This document shows positions 13,573-25,011 of a stretch of DNA of 64,000 nucleotides, piece by piece (within the stretch, counting starts at the first letter, position 1; each line of letters begins with the position of its first letter). Origin of the DNA: Lytechinus pictus. Taxonomy: Eukaryota. The notes beneath the pieces were generated by a model that worked only from the letters and a program-made list of their open reading frames with translations, was not told the DNA's origin and made no database searches. The stretch covers positions 15,934,001 to 15,998,000 of the forward strand of contig NW_026974140.1 of assembly GCF_037042905.1 (NCBI RefSeq), given 5' to 3'. The translations under genes were made by a program, and so were the position numbers.

Positions 13573-14239
13573 CAGGGGCCCGTTGCAGGAAGAGCTGCGT
13601 TTGATCTCAAAAATCAGTTGCAAGTCTCGAATGCACATCACATTTCATTGGTTGAAAATCAAGTTGCGTTTGATTGCAACTCTTTATGCAACGGTCCCCT
13701 GGGGCCCGTAACACAAAGCTTAGCAATGATTGTATAACATTTTCTACGATTGATTGCATTGACTACAATGTACAATCAATCGTAAAAATCAAGCGTACGA
13801 TTAATCGCTAACCTTTCGAGCCCAGGGCACCGTCTTATAAAGATTGCGATTGATCCGATCAACCACAACTATGGAAAGCCAGCAACGTCAACATCTAAAA
13901 TTGGTGGATTTCTATACAGTTATGGTTGATTGGATCAATCACAACTATTTGTAAGACGGAGCCCAGGGCACTGTCTTACAAAAAGTTACGATTGATCCAA
14001 TCAATCGTAACTCTATGGAAATCCATCAGTGTCATATTTTTTTCCGTAGGAAATTTGCACAATGTCCTTTGAAAACAAAGAGAAGCGTACTGAATTGTCA
14101 AGAAAACAGTTAATGTATGAATATACCTCAAAACTAGAAAATATTTTGAACAAACATGTATTTTAGATGTTGACGTTGCTGGCTTTCCATAGTTGTGATT
14201 GATCGGATCAATCGTAACTCTTTGTAAGACAGGGCCCAG
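13573..14239. mobile_element. Chain of four PIF/Harbinger-like MITEs separated by CWG
   Basis: Units 13576-13698, 13702-13822 (right TIR partly deleted), 13826-13963 and 13967-14236, each with GG(G)C..GCC-type TIRs and joined by CAG/CTG. Confidence 0.75.
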
Positions 14240-14422
14240 GTCTCTCTTCCTGACAAAAGAATGGGATATACAAAGTAAATTTGATAGCTTTAGAATACTA
14301 TTCTCATTTAAATCAATTTCTTTATAGTTTAATGCCAAACTCTGCATGACAGGGATACTAATGTACCTCCTGTTCTATTCCCGTGCAGATTCCTCCTAAG
14401 GCAAACAATTACAGAGAGCAAG

Positions 14423-15769
14423 ATGAGTCTGAGTAAGGTGTTAGAGTCTATTCATAACAACCATCTTGAGTTCATCCGTATGGAAGTCTCTGATGTATAT
14501 GGCATTGCTCGATCCCGGACTGTCCCGGCGCGCCATTTTGAAAGAACATGCAAGTCTGGGCTCTTCATGCCGATGGCCACCTATTCCTTCAATGGGGCAG
14601 GAACTGACGCAGATGAATACGGCTGCGGGTTGTGTCGAGAAGTTGGGTATGGAGATGTGAAGCTGTTTCCAGACTTAGGGACCTTTCAAGTATTACCATG
14701 GTGTGAGAATACTGGTCGAGTTCTGATGAATGCGGAGCGCGATGGGAACCCCATGATGGTGTGTCCTCGACGAATTGCAGATATCCAACTGCAGAAGTTG
14801 GAGGAAATGGGATACTCTCTCTTTTCGGCTCACGAATATGAGTTTCATGTGGTGGATGCTGAGACGCGTGAGCCTCTCTTGAAGGATGGCAATCTCTTGT
14901 CGACTCTGAGGACATACACTGATACCAAGCTTCTTCATCAGTTGATGAGAGATCTGCCAAAAGTTGGAGTAGACATCGAAAGTGCTGAAGGTGAAGGCGG
15001 GGTTGGCCAATATGAAATCACATACCGTCCAGAGTTTGGACTACGATCCGCTGATAACGCACACACATACAAGATATCAGTGAAAGAGATTGCTAGGCAA
15101 CACGGCTACATGGCATCCTTCATGTCCAAACCTTGGCCGAATCGAAGCGGTTGTTCGTCTCACTTCTGTCACTCTCTCTGGGATGCAAAGACCAAAGAAC
15201 CTCTGGTTTATGAGAAGGACAGCCCTTGTGGGATGTCCACAGTCGCTCAGCACTGGGTGGCGGGACTACTAGAGCATGCACCTTCTCTTACAATCCTTGC
15301 CTCACCGACAGTCAACTGTCTAAGTCGTCTTAAACCAAACACATTCGCGCCTATCAACGCGACCTGGGGTATTGACAACCGTACCACTGCTATACGAATC
15401 AAGATTAATGGACAGAAGGGTACCTACATCGAAAATCGAATCGGTGCCAGTGGGAGCAATCCTTATCTTCTTTTGGCAGGTACTGTCATAGCAGGAATGG
15501 ACGGCATCAAACGGAAACTACCCCTTCCTCCAGAATTGTCAGGAAGCTCGTATGAGAACGGTGATCATCCAGCGGGTCAAGAACTCCCAAATAACATGGA
15601 GAAGGCTATTGAGGCGCTCAAAGCAGATACAGTGATGGTTGAAGCACTCGGACCTGACTTCATAAAATGTTTCTTGGCAATGAAGAAGAAAGAACTTGTG
15701 GAATCCCAACAAGCTGCCACTAACAAGGACCAAGAATGGGAAATGAAGATGTTCTTTGAATATCTTTGA
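14423..15769 (+). CDS. Lengsin-like class-I glutamine synthetase family protein (GS-like gamma-glutamyl ligase), 448 aa, intronless CDS
   Basis: Uninterrupted ORF with GSI motifs: N-terminal beta-grasp (D..GI.R), HEYEF, E.G.GQYE, FMSKP....SG.SSH..SLW, SPTVN...RL, WG.DNRT..IRI, IENR....NPYL. Confidence 0.93.
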   Translation: MSLSKVLESIHNNHLEFIRMEVSDVYGIARSRTVPARHFERTCKSGLFMPMATYSFNGAGTDADEYGCGLCREVGYGDVKLFPDLGTFQVLPWCENTGRVLMNAERDGNPMMVCPRRIADIQLQKLEEMGYSLFSAHEYEFHVVDAETREPLLKDGNLLSTLRTYTDTKLLHQLMRDLPKVGVDIESAEGEGGVGQYEITYRPEFGLRSADNAHTYKISVKEIARQHGYMASFMSKPWPNRSGCSSHFCHSLWDAKTKEPLVYEKDSPCGMSTVAQHWVAGLLEHAPSLTILASPTVNCLSRLKPNTFAPINATWGIDNRTTAIRIKINGQKGTYIENRIGASGSNPYLLLAGTVIAGMDGIKRKLPLPPELSGSSYENGDHPAGQELPNNMEKAIEALKADTVMVEALGPDFIKCFLAMKKKELVESQQAATNKDQEWEMKMFFEYL

Positions 15770-16291
15770 AAAGGTAATTAACCATTAGAACTTCCATAAT
15801 CGTCGGGTATATAGGTTCAAAGAAAAAAGTATTCCCCCAAATCCAAAATGATACTAATGTAAGGTGGTCATCGTGGAATATCGTTTTGTTGACTGCACAA
15901 GTGATGTATGACTTCTTTAAAAGAACATGTATTTATCATGATGTATTAAATTTTAGCTTGACAATGAATCACATTGATTATCAGTCATTTTTATCAAGTT
16001 TAATTTGATAATGAGGTAATGATTTTACATTATAAGAGATCAAAGCTGTTTTACTCGACCCTTTACTGAAATGCGATTAAAAATTAGTCTTCTCTAATAG
16101 GGTTTTATGATACATTTTCATCGATGTCAAAACAGTCCAAGATCTATCATTCGGTATGTAGATCAAGAATATTGTTTTGAGTGGCTTTCCTAACATTGCA
16201 CATTCCATACATTTTTTTTATTACCTCAAATACGAATGTCTTGTAGACAGTAGTTATTAAGATGACCTTGTTAAATAAATTTTGTAATTGT

Positions 16292-16472
16292 GTTCCGGGG
16301 TTGCCACAGAGTCAAGCTAAGCTTATAGTTGCAACCCCTGCAACCTTTTTAAAGATCTTTGCTATAGAAATGTTTTTAATATTTTGTGATATCTTATGTA
16401 TTTTCTTTGTTACTTTGTATGATTTATGAAAGTTGCAGAAACAATAAATTAAAAAAATGAATGAAAATGAAA
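16292..16472 (+). mobile_element. LINE 3'-terminal fragment (Crack/L2-like) downstream of the GS-like CDS
   Basis: GGGGTTGC..AAGCT.AGCTT..GCAACCCC stem-loop, then a T-rich stretch, AATAAA (16443) and a (GAAAAT)-like tail. Confidence 0.45.
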
Positions 16473-18188
16473 AAGTATCCGAAACAGAATTTGCTTGCAG
16501 TGATCATGGTACCTAATCCATGTTGATTGTGTTGATCCACATAATCTTGAGAAAAAAATCAATCTTGTTTGAAAGAATTTGATCTTGATGCCTCAGAAGC
16601 ACCGGTGCCATAGCCATTTGGTAATTTCTCTTCAACGCTCACTCTAATAATGACTTGTGACTGATGTAGTTCGCAAGAATATGCGTAAGAGAATCGTTAT
16701 TATTTGATTGTTGGTACTATTCTTTATGCTCGTGATTGATTGTTTATGTTGCGGATTCTTTAAATTAATTGATTAATTGTTTACCATTGATTGATTTGAT
16801 TCGTATAGATTGATTGTTGATTTGATTGAAAGTATTTGCTTGATTTACACGTCGTTGAACATGGTTTTCATTTTATTGTTATTGTTTATACGTTGTTGAT
16901 TGAGTTTGATTGCACTGATTGTTCTACTACGTTAAATGATTGACTGTTAATAATTCATGGTTTTATAAACATGTTATTGGTTGAATGAGCAAAGTTATAA
17001 AGCCACTTTTAGTTTGTCCCTCCCCAACCCCAATCAAACTATCCCGGCACTCCCCTAACCCTCGCGGAGAACGAGATTCATGTCTTTTCAGTGATATTTA
17101 CCAACGATGCTATTGAAATCTGGGAAAATCTAAAATCATTTGCTTAAAATGTTTATGTAATTACATGATGATTCAGTGCTTAAATTACACCCAGAGACGG
17201 TTTACAGCCTTGTGAATAATTCTTGGGATGCATGTACTTTTTTGTTGGTTCAATATTATATTTGGACCTTCGCAATTTGGAGGGAAAATTTTCTTAAGGA
17301 GAAAATGTATAGTCTGCGACTATTTCGCAAATTAAAAAATAACAATATGGTGATCTTTATCTCTTACCATACGGAATTTCATGAAGAATGATGTTTGCTT
17401 ATCGTGTTTTATGTTTTATGACAATGTTTCTTGTATAGTGCAACGTAGAATTGACTTTTATACATTATATCTCAGTCTTGATTGTGAACAGCGTATAGTA
17501 GAATTCTTTCAGTCAAATTTAATACAAAGCTTTGCGTATTTTACAATTACTCTGATTGTGTATTAATTTACGCACAGATGTGACGAAACAACAGGCCTAT
17601 TTTGTGAGTTTAGACATTCTCGATAGTTGAATTTATCAAAGATTGTTTACGTAATGTTAATATGAATGAAATTTATTTTGTATAATTATTTTTTCGCATA
17701 ATAAAAACCTATAAGGTAGAATGTCTCTGTAATGATGGGTTATATTATCATTAACTATAATAATGTGCCGGTTACAAAAATGCTTGTGGATTTTATATTG
17801 AATTATATATTAATGATATCATTTGATATATATTTTGTATATTTATACTTGATATACTGTATTAAATCGAAGTGAAAAGTCAACAAAAAGTATCCCTTTT
17901 GTTAAATTTTGTGTAATTTTCAGAGAAAATTACATTGCCATAAAAAGTAATGCCAACAACTCTATGTAGTTCCGATATCATCACGTTTTGAAGGTACATG
18001 CGTCTATGGATCTTAACTTCAATTGACTTGTATTGCCTCTTCGGATGAAAAATTGTTCATTGAATTCTGGCAGTTGGTCTTAATAGCGCTCCTCGAAGCT
18101 AATGTAGCGAGTATTGAACATTGTTCAAGGAGAAAATGTGTTCAATGAATAATGTTTAACACGTTTAAAGAAGGGCAAGGTCGAGAAA

Positions 18189-18519
18189 NNNNNNNNNNNN
18201 NNNNNNNNNNNNNNNNNNNNNNNNNNNNNNNNNNNNNNNNNNNNNNNNNNNNNNNNNNNNNNNNNNNNNNNNNNNNNNNNNNNNNNNNNNNNNNNNNNNN
18301 NNNNNNNNNNNNNNNNNNNNNNNNNNNNNNNNNNNNNNNNNNNNNNNNNNNNNNNNNNNNNNNNNNNNNNNNNNNNNNNNNNNNNNNNNNNNNNNNNNNN
18401 NNNNNNNNNNNNNNNNNNNNNNNNNNNNNNNNNNNNNNNNNNNNNNNNNNNNNNNNNNNNNNNNNNNNNNNNNNNNNNNNNNNNNNNNNNNNNNNNNNNN
18501 NNNNNNNNNNNNNNNNNNN
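18189..18519. other. Assembly gap (N run) followed by purine-rich low-complexity DNA
   Basis: Run of N; GA-rich sequence at 18520-18740. Confidence 0.98.
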
Positions 18520-21500
18520 AGAAGTATGGGAGAAGAAGGAAGAAGAGGAGATGGAGAAGGAGTGTAAAAAGCAAAAAACAGATGCGAAAGTGAAGATGGA
18601 GGAAAAGTAAGGAAGGAAGATGAAGAAGAAAAAAAGAATGGAAGAAAGATGGGTGTATGTGTGTGGGAGGAAGGGTGAGAATGGGACAGGATGGTACATG
18701 GAGAGATTGGGAGACATGCAAAAAGAAACCATGAAGAGAAAAAAATTGGCATAACCCTTTTTATTGTCAATAATTACTCAAGCAGTTTGCATTTCTTCAA
18801 GTGTTACTAACTTGAAAGTCCATGAACAAATCTGACAAAATCTATCAAAGGCTTACGATATAGGAAAAGAGATTCACATTTCATATTTCATCGCATCTTG
18901 GATCATCTGAGATGGGTGGATCGAAGAGGAGGAAATGAAGAATAAGTCTCCCTCGGGGTGTATTTTGTTTATACCTTTTGAATGATGCTTCCAAGGGTAG
19001 TATGATAGATGCAGCTGCTATAGGTCTAGATTCCCAGGTACGTGGTAAAGACTGCATTAGACTGATTGACCGAGAGTTGACAATGTTAGGAAGAAAATGG
19101 CAGTCAGAGCCTATTCAATCATGCAAAGCGGAGAAGTACATCGTTACTGGCAACGATTTTTATTCAGGGTACAGTGCTTTAATACATGCATGTATTCATA
19201 ATTATACAGGATATCGCACCCCATATTGCACAAAATTTATCTACTCATGCGGAAATCGTGAATAAGAATTGAGCATGAATTCATTTTATAACGAACAATT
19301 TTTATTGTTTTTTTTTCCAGTCTCAATAATGTCACTCCATGAAAGTGTGACCATGATCGTTTCAAATTTCTGGTAAATATTGGTCTATTTTTTCAATAAT
19401 TTTCGCGAAAAATTGTTTTTACTCGAAATCGAAAAGGGTAAATGCTCTTGAGATCGTACAAAATAATCTTCTGCTTTCGACTTAGTGAAAGTGTACTTAA
19501 AATTTCGAAAATAGGGTATGTGTACTTGGAAAGTAACAAGTAGAATAGTTTTGTATTTGTAAATGGATCGCATTCTGGGTTGCAGAATGATTATGCTATA
19601 ACGGGGCAGTCATTAGTTCCCGGTATTAGTTATTGCTAAGAAAGTAAAAGAAGAGAAAAGGAGAGAATGAGGGCGAGGGCTGACAGATTGACAGTCAGAG
19701 GCTATAGCAAGAGAATTAGAGTAGGCGAAAGAACAATAATTTTCTTCTATAACTGAAATGAAGATTAGATTTGATGGGGAATTCCGAAAAGCAAAATAAA
19801 GAGGCGAATACAACTAACAAAAATGAGAATATATAAACAAAAGAAGAATCGAGTAACGGTGAAGGAGAAGGCCTCGAAGGACGCCTACGACCATACCATG
19901 CTAAATATAGTGTGGAAAAGGAAAAATATACATGGCCGCATGTCGTTTGATCTTTTGAAAAAATAATAATTGCAAGAAATGCATTTACTGAAATCAATCA
20001 AAACCAATAATTGTTCCTTAAATTTTCTATGCTTTCTTGTCTTAAAATTTGTTTTCAATTCCACCAATTAGACCTACTTCTAAATGTTATAAATAATTCA
20101 TTTGTTATGATAAAGAGTTAAAATTGATATATATATATGCTTTTAAAAAGTCAGTAAAGATGATGTAATGAACAACGAATATCTATCGGTAACATTTATC
20201 TTTTAAATTAGCTTATAATTAAATTCTTTAACATCATTTTTAAAGACATATCCCATGTTTTATGTCCAGAGTTTCTAAACAGACAATTTCTTGAACAATG
20301 ACAGGGATCACTCTTGGAAATAGTTAAACTCAATCCTAGCACACGATTATGCGGATTTGCGCCCTCTCGCATTCGAATGATAAACGTGTCATATATCGTT
20401 CTTGGGTCAAATGTCTTGTTTTGTTTTTGTTCAACCAGTGTGAAATTAAGTATATATTCTTAAAGCATAGGCGGATCCAAGTGCCCCCCCCCCCCTTATT
20501 GGCGGAACAAAAAAAAAGGGGGGAAGAAAAAAGAAAGAAAATGAGGGGAGAAAAAGAAGAGGAAAAATAAAAGGAGGAAGACTAGTGAATAAAATAAGGT
20601 GAGGGGAAGACTTGGAAAATAATTTGTTAAAAAATCTTTCATATCACCATATAAAATTTCGCTCGCGCTTGCGCTCGCATTGCCTGTTCGATGAGATACA
20701 TATCTTGCTCAATAGGCGATATTTGATAATAAAATTAAGGTCGTAACAATGAATTTGCAGATTATCAGTGAAAGGGCTGATGTGCAAATTAAAGGCGTTT
20801 CGGAGGCAATGTCCAAACCTATTAAACCTAGAAAAAAAAGTCTAGAAGAGACGGTTATTCACACGCCTATTTGGAATGAAAAGGGACTTTTTCTCATCTG
20901 ATTCCTAATGTATTTTCCATTATATCTGAAGATGGGGGAAACCCCATGTAAGTTGAATAATCATCAAAACACGTTTCTGTCTAGTGTAAGCTCAAATCTT
21001 TTGCCATCGGTAGGCTCATGCATATATCCAAACACTCTGACTAAACTCAAAGCAAATAACAATACCCTGAGAGAGAGAGAGAGAGGGGGGGGGGGGAGAT
21101 CCACAATGGTATACTATTTTTTTTTAAACCCTCATCAACGTCATTATTATCATCTCATCGACATCATTATCAGGCGCGGGTCCATGGGTGTCTAGCGTGT
21201 CCTCCCCGTCCCCCTTTTACTGTCATATTTTAATTTTTTTTTACTGGAAAATGGTCTTGGGTCTTGGTCTTGCATTTCTGTGATTTTTGTTAGAAAATAC
21301 CCCCACCTCTCTCATGCCTCTGGTCCCTTATCCTTATCCTTCCCTGATAAAAAATACTTTAAGGTAAAAAGCCAGTATCATTTGAGACAAGGTGAGACAT
21401 GATATTGGGAAAAGGTGCGTACCCACTTGAATTCGCAACATTACTTACCATCATCATTGGTGTCGACGTCATTATTGATGCAGTGTGTCATAGTTCCAAA

Positions 21501-22881
21501 GAAAATCAAGATGATAATGAAATAATTCCTAATTTTATTTTTATTGTAATTAAAGAGGCGTATCATAACTTAAACCCTTGAAAACCACATAATTAGTGTC
21601 AACCCCGTTTCAGATATTGGGAGCTAGATTTTCACGACCAAGAAGAAAAAAGAGAACACGAAAGAAAAGAGAGAATTGTGAAATATGATATTGTTTTCTG
21701 AATATCATGTCAAAATCTATCACGAAATTTGATTTTTGTAAAAACAATTTAGATGACAAGTAGAAAAGGATCTCCATTCCAAAGAGAGACTTATTTTTAT
21801 ATCATCCTCACCTCTGAAAGGGGCACATGCAAGAGGGGGTGCTGCTGTTGTTTTCATGTTTGGGGTAAATTCGGGGATGATGTGTCCTCTGTGCACCCCA
21901 CTCCACTCTTCGTACCTCGATCGTATAGGTCCATCAAAGCCAAGCTATAGTTCGCACATTGGACGACGTGAAAAGGCATAAATATTTTGATGGTTGAAAA
22001 GCTCTTGTAAAAATGCCAAGATCGTAGTGTGGTATAAACCAAATGCAACCGTCACACTAACGAAACCGACTCCAAACCGACCTATGGTATGACATTGGTA
22101 ATATGGTCGGTCTAGAGTCAGTGTGGCTGCGGCATATGTATATGCCTGAACTAAGTCCTTTAGACCACTGTCATAATAATCTATACCTTTTCCGGTATAA
22201 TGTCATGTTCAATCACGTATTCGTTTCCTTCAAAAACAGCAGGAAAATACTTTCAATATCGTGTGATGGTCTAATCATGGTCTTGTGTTAGAACCAGATC
22301 GAACCGCTCTATTATTATTTAAAACAAAGTTTCACCAAAATTACACCCTCATTATTTCAAATCTCAATGAAATGGTATAACTTCGTACCATGCTTAATTT
22401 CATTCGATGCTGCCCCCCCCCCCCCCGGTAAAATCACGAATATATTTTGTATCGACAGCGTTATCTTGTTTATGCTGATACTTTGGTAAATTTGCAAGCC
22501 TTAGAGAAGTATTTTGAGGTGTGAGTTTTGCAAGGAGTCAAGCAATCAAAAAATCCAACGATGCTTGTAGGACTATGTCTGTTCATTGGTCCATGGACCT
22601 AATATAGTAGGTCCATGATCGGTCCAAGTGAATAAATTAATACGCTCCACGCTATATGTTATTAGTTGCATGTGGCAAGACAGAAAATCCATTACTCAAA
22701 GTCGTACACAAAAGCAATATCCTTATCAAGCCGATTCTTAAAGAATTTACAGAAGGTGCTGAAACCAATTTTTCTGGTAGACTGTTCATAGACGCCCCCA
22801 AATAAACAAATAAAAATAAATGAATGAATAAAAATACAAAAATGAATAGAAATAAAAATTGTAGTTATAGAGCGTTGAATT

Positions 22882-23127
22882 CAGGCGCGGATCCAGGGGG
22901 GGGGGGCACGTGCCCCCCCCCCCCCCTTTGAGAAGCAAAATTAAAATTTGTAATGTAAAATGCCAATTGAAGACCTTTTTTTTACTATCTTTTTTTTGCT
23001 TGTCAATTTTTTTCGGATACAAAATATCCTTAATTTGTGGTTAAAAACCTTTTTTTTTGGCTTGTGAAAATTTTCCTCCGAAAAATTTGTCCCCCCCCCC
23101 CTTTGGAAAATCCTGGATCCGCCCCTG
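22882..23127. mobile_element. hAT-type MITE
   Basis: TIRs CAGGCGCGGATCCAGG / CCTGGATCCGCCCCTG; perfect 8-bp TSD GTTGAATT. Confidence 0.85.
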
Positions 23128-25011
23128 GTTGAATTTGATTTTTTTATGTGAGCAATACAAACGCAATTATTTTCATTTGTAAAATTTTCACAAGAATCAA
23201 CCCTAATTACTTATAAATTCAAAGAAACCAGCATATGTTTCAGTTTAATGACTTCATTAAGGCGAGATAAGTGAGACAATGAGGTCAGTCCTAGAGATTT
23301 CCCGTTAGTTACGAAGTGACCATGAAAAACAGGTTAGCGAAGTGTACAAATTGTCTGATCAATAAGGTCCGATTTTTTGTACTACGCCCAATTACTCTAA
23401 AAACAGTTCTATGCGAGTGAAGGGAGCGAGCCCCCCCCCCCCCGAAAGATTTTGAATAAGTGATTGCTTTATATTTTTCATGTGGCAAGGCCAAACCGGC
23501 CAGTACAACGATGAAGCCCACCACCCCCCCCCCCCCCGTTTCCGCGGCCCCTGGATGAAACACTGTCAATATATGTTCATGATATGAGTAAAACATATAT
23601 AGGCAAGCATTGATTTCAAAGTTTTATATTAAAAAGACTCTCTTTAGAGAGGAATGGGAGTACGGAAACACGCTATTCCCAGAAATTGGTGACTTTATAT
23701 CCCAATCTGATAAGGATTCATATGGGAATTTCCCCAAGGATTTTCACTGTTGCAGTGTTAGTATTCTCATTTTCAGATGACACATTCTACCCCCCCCCCT
23801 TACAAAAACTGAGAAAAAAATGATCTTGGATTCCGAGCTCAATATGCACATAATAGTTACATCAGATGACCAAATATTTTATGTATGAATACATCATCTT
23901 CATTAACCAAATTATGAACTCTTAAATGTTTTTCCCATTCTGCTTTACAAAATGTATTGATCAAATTATTTAATGAATCTGGGGTTGTCTTTTTTTTCAA
24001 GCAATGTGCTTACGAAGACAGTCCTTCCCCTGCTATGCTATAATAATTTGGTGGTAGATCATTTTGTTTGGAATAATATTTTTGGAACGCTTTATCCGTG
24101 ATTGATGCCAAAACACAGTAATCAATAAAAAAATTATAATGTTTGTTATGTTAGGAAAACTATATACGAAATGAATGCATGCAGAGGAGAACAGATCAAA
24201 CCAAATCAAATTTGAAACAACATTGGAATTGATGAGTCGAAGACCAAGATGAAATATTTTCTACTTGGTGGTATCATCAAATTAATCTTCACAGGTGTGT
24301 TCTCTGACATCTTGGTTAGGGTCCCTCTGAGCATGCTGAAAAGATGTAACTAAACATAATTAAGGACTTGAAACATATTAGAAAACGTGCTTCACTTTCT
24401 ACAGAAAATGATAAGAAAACATGAACGTTATTGTTGCAATATCTAGAGGGTGTTACCTTCAGATTAGTCATATCAAGTATTTTCCCAGTTATACCACAAA
24501 CACTGTCAATGTTTTAGCGACAAACAATCCTTCACAATCCTAATGATTACCCAACTACGTCACTAAAAAGTACCACTGCTATCACCATCATGACCAATCA
24601 GCTGTTAGGAAGTCTTTCCGCATAACAACACTTTGCAATCCTTGTGCAATAACCAAACATATATACCGCAGAGGCTTGAAGATAAGTTTAGAACTGAAAT
24701 ACAACTCAATCTATATGGAATAGGATTCTAATGGTGCCAAATGTATATCGCTTGTATTCAAATTCGAAATCAAGATTGCATTACTAGCATTGATTGTATG
24801 CATCGTAATTGCATTGTGGCGAGATATAAGCATCTAATTTTGGCAAGGGCTCAACCGAGCTGGCAGAAAAGTACTGCATTCATAAAACTGTTTGCCAATC
24901 ATTACTTCAGATTCGAAGATACTTGAAGAGAGGACCTCCTTTATCCACGGCGCTGCATCTTTATCTTGTATTCAATTTTCTTGGACAAGACAATCTTTAA
25001 AGTATTTAAAA

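Noticed and set aside
14423-15769. Bacterial contamination or recent horizontal transfer of glnA
   Set aside because: It is embedded in animal repeats with a splice acceptor upstream, and animal GSI/lengsin-like genes are known; recent transfer cannot be supported without a phylogeny.
18125-18770. 150-200 aa ORFs
   Set aside because: Artefacts of the N gap and low-complexity flanks.
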